Under the pieces are notes generated by a model. That model saw nothing but the letters and a program-made list of their open reading frames with translations, was not told the origin of the DNA and ran no database searches. From contig NC_042999.1 of the NCBI RefSeq assembly GCF_006345805.1, positions 11,656,001 through 11,720,000 of the forward strand: a stretch of DNA of 64,000 bases. Direction: 5' to 3'. The DNA is from Octopus sinensis. Lineage: Eukaryota. The translations under genes and the position numbers were made by a program. Below are positions 1 through 9,924 of this stretch, one piece after another. How positions within the stretch are numbered: the first letter of the stretch is position 1; each line of letters begins with the position of its first letter.

Positions 1-93
1 CTATAAAATGTCATTAAAATATAGGCACTTTTCAATTTTTCACAAGGTTCGACACCACCAAACTGTAAACACACCTCTCTATATTTTATATAC

Positions 94-109
94 ACACACA
101 CACACACAC

Positions 110-201
<92 letters not shown>

Positions 202-211
202 ACACACACAC
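94..211. repeat. (CA)n/(TA)n microsatellite (representative of dozens in the window)
   Basis: Direct dinucleotide tract; it explains the IYIYIY-type ORFs in the track. Confidence 0.95.
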
Positions 212-318
212 GTATATATGTATGTATTCCGCAGAAGTAACAGTGACTCGAGGTCCGAGAATTTCGTGCGTTTGTTACTTCTGAATATTAATAAAAAGTA
301 TATTTTGAGTCCCATTTT

Positions 319-412
319 TATAGTAGAAGACACCTATCTAGGATACCATGCAGTGGGACTGAACCTGGAACCATGTGGTTGGGAAGTAAGCTTCTTACCA
401 CACAGCCACGCC
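319..412 (-). mobile_element. tRNA-derived SINE head fragment (family A)
   Basis: Reverse complement reads GGCGTGGCTGTGTGGTAAGAAGCTT...GGTTCCAGGTTCAGTCCCACTG (A-box/B-box-like), recurring at many sites in the window. Confidence 0.75.
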
Positions 413-539
413 CGTGTCTACACACACACACACAACAACAACAACAATAATAATAATAATAAAATAATAATAATAATATAATAATAATAATGGACGAGCT
501 TTATACTGTACTCTACTATATTGTTACAGAACATATCAT

Positions 540-626
<87 letters not shown>

Positions 627-643
627 CACACACACACACACAA

Positions 644-798
644 GACAGGCTTCTTTCGGTTTCCGCCTAGCAAATCCGCTTATAAGGCTATGTCAGCCTA
701 AGTCTATAGTAGAGGACCCTTGCCCAAGGTGCCACGCGGTGGGACTGAACCCGGAACTACGTGGTTACGAAGCAACCTTCTTACCACGCTGCCACGCC
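644..798 (-). mobile_element. tRNA-derived SINE family A, head plus CORE-like segment
   Basis: Same head followed by (minus strand) GGCACCTTGGGCAAGGGTCCTCTACTATAG, resembling the CCTTGGGCAAG start of CORE-type SINE domains. Confidence 0.75.
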
Positions 799-1071
799 TA
801 TATGTATGTGTGTGTGTGGGGGGGGGTATCGTTTATTCGTCGGTTGACAGTGAGAGGAATCTGGTTGTATTGAAACCCTGACTTTGGCGTATCTCTCTGA
901 TAATATCGATCCCAGGAGTTATTGTGGTCGGGTATTTTATCGATCACCACTTTTTGAATAAAGGGGCTCAACTGGACAAACAGCAAACATACACATAGAC
1001 ACATACATACGTCAATATATAATACACACACACACACACACTCAAATACACATACATGGATATAAATATTT

Positions 1072-1300
1072 ATTTCTATATTGCCCACAAGGGGTGGGGG
1101 CTAAACACAGAGGGGACAAACAAGGACAGACATAGGTATTAAGTCGATTATATCGACCCAGTGCGTAACTGGTACTTAATTTATCGACCCCAAAAGGATG
1201 AAAGGCAAAGTCGACCTCGGCGGAATTTGAACTCGGAACGTAACGGCAATACCGCTAAGCATTTCGCCCGGCCTGCTAACCATTCTGCCCGCTCGCCGCC
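1072..1300 (-). mobile_element. tRNA-derived SINE family B
   Basis: Minus strand GGCGGCGAGC.GGCAGAA..GTTAGC...GAGTTCAAATTCCGCCGAGGTCGACTTTGCCTTTCATCC; homologous copies at about 15.1k, 15.4k, 23.0k, 53.8k, 54.5k, 57.8k and 58.9k. Confidence 0.8.
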
Positions 1301-1572
1301 CAACGTGCTTATAAATATTGTCTTATATACACATATTCGTTTCTATATTATATGTATATATAATATATGCACTTATAATTTTATATTTTATTCATGGCTA
1401 TACTTTGTATATAATATATTATAAACATAGTTTCACAGACACACACACAATTGCTGATTATTTTATACTTTATATATGCACATACACGCATTCATGTACA
1501 TACATATATATGTGTATGTGTGTGTATATATGTATATATACATGTGTGTATGTATGTATGCATACATACACT

Positions 1573-2184
1573 CGGTAGACCCAGGAAAACCTGGAACGAG
1601 GTGGTGAAGCACGACCTTTGCACTTTAGGTCTCACCGAAGAAATGACCAGAGACCGAGACCTTTGGAAGTATGCTGTGTGTGAGAAGACCCAGCAAGACA
1701 AGTGAGGCCATAACCCATGGCCCCTACCTGGGACGTAGTCAGTCCACCTGTGCATACCTTCCCTCTTCTTGGGACACATAACTCTACTTGTGAAGACCTG
1801 TTGAGGCAAGTGAAAATCAGAAAATCAAAAAATCAAATCGAAATCAATCAACATCAATGGAATTTGTAGTTGTGATACCAGTGCCGGTGGCACGTAAGAG
1901 AACCATCCGAACGTGGCCATAGCCAGCACCGCATCGACTGGCCTCCGTGCCGGTGGCACGTAAAAAGCACCATCCGAGCGTGGCCGTTCGCCAGCCTCAT
2001 CTGGCACCTGTGTCGGTGGCACATAAAAAGCACCCACTACACTCACGGAGTGGTTGGCGTTAGGAAGGTAGAAACACTGCCAGATCTGACTGGCCTGGTG
2101 CAGCCTTCGGGCTTCCCAGACCCCAGTTGAACCGTCCAACCCATGGTAGCATGGAAAGCGGACGTTAAACGATGATGATGATGA
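1573..2184 (+). mobile_element. RTE-clade LINE 3' end (last ORF codons, 3'UTR, (ATG)n tail)
   Basis: GRPRKTWNEVVKHDL...DRDLWKYAV is the typical RTE ORF C-terminus; 3'UTR ends CATGGAAAGCGGACGTTAAAC(GAT)n. Confidence 0.85.
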
Positions 2185-2414
2185 TATATATATACATACA
2201 TACATACATACACACACACAACACACACATAACTTAGATTGGTTCGGTCATTATTGGCCCAGGCCATGACTAAATCAATAGCTCCACCTATATACATATA
2301 TATATACAAGGGTGTGTGGACAAGCGAAAGAAGGGCACTCAACCAATTTATTGGGAGTTACATGTAAGGATCAAAACAGTTTTGATCCATATATACATAC
2401 ACACACCCACACAT

Positions 2415-2448
<34 letters not shown>

Positions 2449-2544
2449 CAAACTATTTGCTATGTTCTTATTGTGATACAAATAAATTGAGTCTCCATAA
2501 TATATTTTTAATCTGTTTTCTTATATTATATTATATATATACAG

Positions 2545-2577
<33 letters not shown>

Positions 2578-2628
2578 CATATATGGCGGTGCATCAGCAT
2601 GGCCGCAGCTCTGAGCTGAACTAAAAAG

Positions 2629-2686
<58 letters not shown>

Positions 2687-2690
<4 letters not shown>

Positions 2691-2889
2691 ATCCAAACAA
2701 GAAAGCTTAAAAAAACACAACAACGCGAGGACGTGGAACAATATAGTATTATTGGACGCTCATGAAGGAAGGAAAGAAAGAGGGTTTAACGTTTCGAGCG
2801 GAGCTCTTCGTCGGAAACATAGGAGAAGGAAAGATCCAGAGAAGGGAAGACAGAGAGAAAAAAATCGCCAACGGAACACACGAGGTCAC

Positions 2890-2890
<1 letters not shown>
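2687..2890 (-). mobile_element. ~200-bp solo pLTR-like element carrying a hammerhead motif, embedded in (TA)n
   Basis: Unique 204-bp island flanked on both sides by (TA)n; contains the hammerhead-like motif at 2784-2818. Confidence 0.55.
2784..2818 (-). ncRNA. Minimal type I hammerhead ribozyme motif, U4C core variant
   Basis: Minus strand: GTTT-CCGACGA-A-GAGC-tcc-GCTC-GAAA-CGTT-AAAC. Helix I GTTT/AAAC, helix II GAGC/GCTC, palindromic ACGT helix III. Confidence 0.6.
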
Positions 2891-2988
<98 letters not shown>

Positions 2989-3069
2989 GGCTTTCCTACA
3001 GATGTGTACCCCCACCCCAAATTTGTTTCCTCATAACTTTCAGAAAAACGAATATCTTTTAATGAAATT

Positions 3070-3167
3070 TTCTACATAGCTCAGTCAGTAGAGCATCAGA
3101 CTTTTACGGATATCTTAATTGCATTGAAGTGATCTGAGGGTCGCAGGTTCAAGTCCCTCTGCGGGCA
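3070..3167 (+). pseudogene. Intron-containing tRNA-Lys(TTT) pseudogene
   Basis: D-arm GCTC/GAGC (3079-3094), anticodon stem TCAGA/TCTGA, anticodon TTT 3103-3105, 25-nt intron 3107-3131 after A37, T-loop TTCAAGT, 3' acceptor TGCGGGC-A. The 5' acceptor strand (TTCTACA) matches only 2 of 7 expected bases; T-stem has two mismatches; D-loop GG reads AG. Confidence 0.8.
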
Positions 3168-3184
3168 ATGCAATACTTCATGCA

Positions 3185-5496
3185 ATCAAGCCCTATGCAT
3201 AGCACTCGTGGAAACTCAACTCAACCTTGATATAGAGGACGCAGAAGTACACATACCAAACTATGCCATACTGCGAACAGACAGACGGGAAAGGAGCCAT
3301 GGTGGAGTTGCTGTATACATCCGAGATGACCTCACACCCCAGGTCTTACTGACACTCAAATTCGGTATGTGACACTTTAATTGTATACATAAGACAACAT
3401 AATATAGTCATATGCAATACATATTGCCCACCGGATGCTCCAAATCACATAGGCAAGTTTGAAGATTGCCTCACAAGAATGAAAGAAATCCTCATGAATC
3501 TGGAACACCACATGACCATATTTCTTATGGGTGATTTCAACTTCCCCAACGTAAAATGGCCCGAAGGTCACATACTCTCAGGAATGAATCATTGCAAGCA
3601 AGTACAGGTGGAGTTCCTGCTCAACCTCACCAATGCCTTATTCATGGAGCAAGTTCTACTCAAACCAACTAGGGCGAATAACATTCTGAATCTCTGCTTC
3701 ATGAACAATATGGACATCATTCATGATGTGAAAGTGACATCGACATTAGTTTCGGATCACAACATAATAGAGCTGTCAATGTTTGGGCCGAAAGTAACCA
3801 GAGACATACAGCCTAAAGGAAGCACCCGAAATCTCTCCAATCTGAACTTCCACAAAGCAGATTGGAAATCGATCCAAAAAGAGATCCTCGGAGAGGACTG
3901 GCCGGAATGTCTCTCCACACCAGACATTGACATGAAACTAGAATGTTTCATGTCTTCTGTGCAAGCCGTATGCCAGAAATATGTCCCAGAGCGCAAGGCC
4001 AAAACAAATAGGAGCAAGATTCCAAGAGACAGGGAGATCCTCATGAGACGACGGACGAATGTTGCAAATCGACTCAACCAACATCCCAAAAGTAGCGAAA
4101 CGTCCCGCCTAAAAACAACACTGATGGAGATCGAAAAAAAGGCTGCAACAATCCTATGTGAAGGAGAAAGCAGACAAAGAAGCCTGGGTTATAAAAAACA
4201 TTAAATCAAACCCAAAGGCCTTCTTTCATTACGCGAAAGAAACAGTCTCGGTACACTACAAGATAGGACCCCTCCTCCAAAAGTATGGCTCCCTCACAGA
4301 CAGTTCAACTAAGATCAGTGAGATACTGAATGACCAGTTCAAAAGTGTCTTTCCCACCCCGCTGGAACACAGACAAGTGAACGAACCAGTGGACTTCTTT
4401 GCCGCCTCACCTATAACAAGCGAGGCAGTTACAATAGAATATATTGACATTAGCAAAGAAGATGTCCTACTAGCCATAGATGAAGCGGACACAAACTCAA
4501 CTGCTGGTCCTGATGTTTTCCCAGCAATCCTCCTCAAAGCATGTAAGCATGCCCTGGCAAAACCCCTCAAGATTCTCTTCCAGAGCTTTCTTACAAATGG
4601 CAAACTGCCAAGCAAGCTGAAGGAGGGAATAATATGCCCAATACATAAAGGGGGAAGTAGAGCAGATGCCAAAAACTATAGGCCTATCTCTCTGACTTCA
4701 CACATCAGCAAAGTTATGGAATGGACAGTCAGAAAGAAACTAATCGCATTCCTTGAGGAAAATAACTTGCTGAATGATACCCAGCATGGTTTTCGACCAG
4801 GTAGGAGCTGCCTGACCCAGCTCTTACAACATTATGACTGGGTGTTGAGGCAGTTACTCAACAAATCAAATGTGGACGTAATCTACCTTGATTTTGCAAA
4901 AGCTTTTGACAAGGTGGATCATGGTATGATATATCACAAACCACGTGACCTCAGCATAGCTGGAAAACTTGGAGTGTGGTTACATGACTTCCTGAAAGAT
5001 AGGAGTCAGGCAGTAGTGGTTAATGGAGCCACCTCTATGAACACACAAATAGTGAGCGGTGTTCCACAGGGCACTGTCTTAGGACCACTGCTTTTTATAG
5101 TGGCCCTCTCAGATATGCCCGGTAACCACTCTGGCAAGCTATGCAGACGATACGAAAGTCTCGCAGAAAATACAGAACCCCAGTGATGTTGCACACCTGC
5201 AGCAGAGTTTGACTCAATCTACAGATGGGCTGAGGATAATAATATGCAGTTTAATGCTGAAAAATTCCAGGCCCTGTGCTACCAGCATCCAAAACTGAAT
5301 ATCAAACTTACAGGGTACACCAGTCCACAGGGAATTTCAATCCCAGAGCCTAAGTCAGTGAGGGACCTGGGTATCGACATGAGTGATGATACCTCTTTCC
5401 AGGTGCACATTACCAGGATGGCGACAAAGTGCAGACGACTGGCTGGATGGATAGTAAGAACATTCAGAACCAGAGATAAGATAACCATGATGGTCC
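3185..5496 (+). mobile_element. CR1-group LINE ORF2 (APE + RT), frameshifted, truncated at both ends
   Basis: APE motifs CIALVETQL...RTDR...GGVAVYI, MGDFNFP, SDHNII; RT motifs YRPISLTS, QHGFRPGRSC, YLDFAKAFDKVDH, SGVPQGTVLGPLLF; YADD in the shifted frame near 5140; MQFNAEKF. Confidence 0.92.
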
Positions 5497-6642
5497 GCTC
5501 ACTTACCACCCCACCACCCTACCTCTCCAACGCACCATTCTTCGAGCTTTCCAGCATCTCCAGTCCAACCCGTCCACTTCACACCTCTTCCCTAACCGAC
5601 CCCTCCCCTCCTTCAAACGAGCCCATAACCTACGAGACCTCTTGGTCCACAGCTTCTTCCCTGACCTTACCTCCCAACCTGGCTCGTTCCCCTGCTCCTG
5701 CCCACGTTGCCACTTTTGCCCTTACCTCTCCAACACCACCCTCCTCACTGGCACCCATCATCGACCCTATCGCATCATCGACTCCTTCACCTGCACCTCC
5801 AGCAATATTATCTATTGCATCTCCTGCTCTCTCTGCCATTCCCTGTACATTGGACAAATGGGACGCCACTTGGCTGACCGGCTCGCAGAACACCTCCGAG
5901 ACATCCGCCTCGCCAGTGACACTCCTTGCAACACCTGTCTGTGTTCGGATTGTCCTTGCACAGAGGCCATCCGGATTCCCGCTTGCGCCGTGAACAGGGA
6001 TTAATCTTCTCTCTTCGCTCTTTTACGCCATTTGGGCTCAACTCTCCCCCCTTTTCATCTAACCTCCCCTGACTCCTACTTCTCTTCAGTCCTTCATCTT
6101 TTCACCCCTACTCTCTTTCCTTCTTCCCTCTTCCCCTTCTCTCTGCTCCCTCACTCCCCTCCCACTCCCCCTCATCCTCCCCTCTCCCCCTCATCTCCCC
6201 CCCCACGACCACCACTCTACCCCAACCCCCAGCCGAACCCACACCCCACCTGGGCTTTCTCCACTCTCGCCTCCCCCACCTCCCCACAACACACTACATA
6301 CACCATACAACATTACACATCACAACATACCACCCACAGCACACACCCATCCTCACATCTTTACACCTATACATACATACACATATCACATCACAACACA
6401 CCACCTACACACCCATCCTCACACCCACACATACATACATACACACGTCCAGACCACCAGCCCTCTTTCACACGCACATACATACTCTCTTATACACACA
6501 CGTACCTTTGTGTTGGGGGCACCTTCGTTTTGGAAGTCACTTGACCCTGTTATCTCCCCTGACCACTGTCCTCAGTCAGAACGCCATGTTAGATCGTTAG
6601 CTCCTACACGCATTTTTTTCTCTCCTTGTTTTTTTCTGTGTA

Positions 6643-6680
6643 TCTTTCTGTTGAAGAGTGTAGGCTCAAAACGTAAAAGA
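6643..6680 (+). ncRNA. Hammerhead-like motif, pLTR copy 1 (A6U core, G12A damaged)
   Basis: TCTTT-CTGTTGA-A-GAGT-gtag-GCTC-AAAA-CGTA-AAAGA. Confidence 0.5.
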
Positions 6681-6808
6681 CTTTTTCTATTTCTATTCCT
6701 GAGCGCCATACTAATGCATTTGTTTGTTTGTACTCCACCTGCCTTCGTCTTTTGTTTATTTTCGTAAACCTTCCCGTTATATATATTTGTTTTTTTTCTC
6801 TCTGTGTA

Positions 6809-6846
6809 TCTTTCTGTTGAAGAGCGTAGGCTCGAAACGTTAAAGA
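6809..6846 (+). ncRNA. Hammerhead-like motif, pLTR copy 2 (A6U core)
   Basis: TCTTT-CTGTTGA-A-GAGC-gtag-GCTC-GAAA-CGTT-AAAGA. Helix I TCTTT/AAAGA, helix II GAGC/GCTC, palindromic ACGT. Confidence 0.62.
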
Positions 6847-6970
6847 CTTGTTTTATTTATATTTCCTGAGCGCCATACTAATACAATTGTTCGTTTGTTT
6901 TCCACCTGCCTTCGTCTTTTGTCTATTTTCATAAAGCTTCCCGTTATATATATATATATATATATATATA

Positions 6971-9871
6971 TCATCATCATCATTTAACGTCCGCTTTCCA
7001 TGCTAGCATGGGTTGGACGGTTCAACTGGGGTCTGGGGAGCCCGAAAGCTGCACCAGTCCAGTCAGATCTGGCAGTGTTTCTACAGCTGGATGCCCTTCC
7101 TAACGCCAACCACTCCGAGAGTGTAGTGGGTGATTTTATGTGCCACCGACACAGGTGCCAGACGAGGCTGACAAACGGCCACGCTCGGATGGTGTTTTTA
7201 TGTGCCACCGACACAGGTGCCAGACGAGGCTGGCAGACGGCCACGCTCGGATGGTGTTTTTATGTGCCACCGACACAGGTGCCAGACGAGGCTGGCAGAC
7301 GGCCACGCTCGGATGGTGTTTTTATGTGCCACCGACACAGGTGCCAGACGAGGCTGGCAGACGGCCACGCTCGGATGGTGTTTTTATGTGCCACCGACAC
7401 AGGTGCCAGATGAGGCTGGCAAACGGCCACGATCGGATGGTGCTTGTTACGTGCCCACAGCACGGAGGCCAGTCGATGCGGTACTGGCTACGGCCACGTT
7501 CGGATGGTTTTCTTATGTGCCACGTGCCACCGGCACTGGTACCACAAAGATACAAATTCCATTGATGTTCATCTATTTTGATTGTTTTGATTTGTTTTGA
7601 TTTTCACTTGCCTCAACAGGTCTTCACAAGTGTCACAAGAAGGAAGGTATGCACAGGTGGACTGACTACGTCCCAGGTAGGGGCCATGGGTTATGGCCTG
7701 ACTAGTCTTGCCGGGTCTTCGGATGGTGTTTTTATGTGCCACCGACACAGGTGCTAGATGAGGCTGGCGAACGGCCACGATCGGATGGTGTTTGTCATGT
7801 GCCCACCGCACTGACTACGGCACTGATGGATTTCTTGTGTGCCACAGGCACTGGTACCACAAGATACAAATTCCATTGATGTTCATCTATTTTGTCTATT
7901 TTGATTTGATTTGATTTGATTTCACTTGCCTCAACCGGTCTTCACAAGTGTCACAAGAAGGAAGGAAGGTATGCACAGGTGGACTGACTAGTCTTGCCGG
8001 GTCTTCGGAAGGTGTTTTTATGTGCCACCGACACAGGTGCCAGATGAGGCTGGCAAACGGCCATGATCGGATGGTGTTTGTTACGTGCCCACAGCACGGA
8101 GGCCGGTCGATGCGGAACTGGCTACGGCCACATTCGGATGGTTCTCATGTGTGCCACCGGCACTGGTACCACAAAGTGTGTGCCACCGGCACTGGTACCA
8201 CAAAGTGTGTGCCACCGGCACTGGTACCACAAAGATACAGATTCCATTGATGTTCATCTATTTTGATTTGTTTTGATTTGATTTGATTTTCACTTGCCTC
8301 AACAGGTCTTCACAAGTGTCACAAGAAGGAAGGTATGCACAGGTGGACTGACTACGTCCCAGGTAGGGGCCATGGGTTATGGCCTGACTAGTCTTGCCGG
8401 GTCTTCGGATGGTGTTTTTATGTGCCACCGACACAGGTGCTAGATGAGGCTGGCGAACGGCCACGATCGGATGGCCAGTGATGCGGTACTGACTACGGCC
8501 ACGTTCGGATGGATTCTTGTGTGCCACCGGCACTGGTACCACAAGCGGTACTGACTACGGCCACGTTCGGATGGATTCTTGTGTGCCACCGGCACTGGTA
8601 CCACAAGCGGTACTGACTACGGCCACGTTCGGATGGATTCTTGTGTGCCACTGGCACTGGTACCACAAGGATACAAATTCCATTGATGTTCATCTATTTT
8701 GATTTGTTTTGATTTGATTTGATTTTCACTTGCCTCAGCAGGTCTTCACAAGTCGGAAGGTATGTACAGGTGGACTGACTACGTCCCAGGTAGGGCCCAC
8801 GGGTTATGACCTGACTAGTCTTGCCGGGTCTTCGGATGGTGTTTTTATGTGCCACCATGTTCCCACAGCATGGAGGCCAGTCGATGCGGTACTGGCTACG
8901 GCCACGTTCGGATGGTTTTCTTGTGTGCCACAGGCACTGGTACCACAAAGATACAAATTCCATTGATGTTCATCTATTTTGATTGATTTTCACTTGCCTC
9001 AGCAGGTCTTCACAAGTGTCACAAGAAGGAAGGTATGCACAGGTGGATCGACTACGTCCCAGGTAGGGGCCACGGGATATGGCCTGACTAGTCCTGCCGG
9101 GTCCTCTCATGCACAGCACACTTCCATAGGACTCGGTCTTCAGTCATTTCCTTGGTGAGACCTAAAGTTCGAAGGTCGTGCTTCACCACCTCGTCCCAGG
9201 TTTTCCTGGGTCTACCTCTTCCACAGGTTCCCTCAACTGCTAGGTTGTAGCACTTTTGCACACAACTATCTTCAGCCATTCTCGTCACATGACCATACCA
9301 GCGCAGCCGTCTCTCTGCACACCACAACTGACACTTCTTAGGTTCAACTTTTCTCTCAAAGTACTTACACTCTGACGATTATGAACACTGACATTACACA
9401 TCCATCGGAGCATACTGGCTTCATTTCTTGCAAGCTTACGCATATCCTCAGCTGTCACGGCCCATGTTTCACTACCATGTAGCATGGCTGTACGTACACA
9501 CGCATCATATAGTCTGCCTTTTACTCTTAGCGAGAGACCTTTTGTCACCAGCAGGGGTAAGAGCTCTCTAAACTTTGCCCAGGCTATTCTTACTCTAGCA
9601 GTTACACTTTCAGCACACCCACCCCCGCTACTGACTTGGTCTCCTAGGTAGCGGAAGCTATCAACTACTTCTAGTTTGTCTCCCTGGAACGTGGTAGAAG
9701 TTGGACTCTGCACATTTCCAGTGTTTATTTCTCCTGAGCATCTGCCACAGACAAAAACTATTTTCTTAGTTAGCCTTCCTTTGACATTGCTGCACCTCTT
9801 ATGTGTCCATAGCTTACACTTGGTGCACCTTATAGAGTTTCTACCTACACCTTTTTTACAGATCGAGCAGG

Positions 9872-9874
<3 letters not shown>
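6971..9874 (-). mobile_element. 5'-truncated RTE LINE with expanded 3'UTR, duplicate copy 1
   Basis: ORFs 9285-9713 and 9088-9327 (VDSFRYLG...RIAWAKFRELLPLL...GSETW...RLRWYGHV...GRPRKTW); 3'UTR ends in (ATG)n at 6971. Confidence 0.9.
7134..7440. repeat. 62-bp minisatellite inside the RTE 3'UTR, about 5 units (repeated at about 10088-10394)
   Basis: Unit TTTTTATGTGCCACCGACACAGGTGCCAGACGAGGCTGGCAGACGGCCACGCTCGGATGGTG; ORF starts at 7140 and 7202 are 62 nt apart. Confidence 0.9.
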
Positions 9875-9919
<45 letters not shown>

Positions 9920-9924
9920 ATATA

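Larger units (their letters stand above)
5494..6950 (+). mobile_element. Penelope-like element 3' part: GIY-YIG endonuclease, C-rich spacer, two tandem pLTR copies
   Basis: PLTYHP...FKRAHNLRDLLVHS, PCSCPRCHFCPY, FTCTSSNIIYCISCSLC..LYIGQ.GR.L..R..EH, terminal RREQGLIFSLRSFTPFGLN; tandem ~160-bp repeats at about 6625-6782 and 6790-6950. Confidence 0.88.

Noticed and set aside
8-639. ORFs rich in IY/HT/CV dipeptides (also at 31.8k, 36.2k, 55.1k, 59.1k and elsewhere)
   Set aside because: Translations of (TA)n, (CA)n, (TATG)n and (AAT)n microsatellites, which lack stops in some frames.
2368-2388. 21-bp palindrome GGATCAAAACAGTTTTGATCC
   Set aside because: Real but short, isolated, adjacent to microsatellite; no supporting structure or second copy in the window.
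3070-3167. Functional tRNA-Lys gene
   Set aside because: Acceptor stem cannot pair beyond 2 bp, the T-stem has two mismatches, and there is no T-run terminator; called a pseudogene instead.
5244-5993. 249-aa ORF with a Pro/Ser/Thr-rich tail, as a novel fusion protein
   Set aside because: The first ~83 aa are LINE C-terminal sequence; the rest is the Penelope GIY-YIG region read out of frame.
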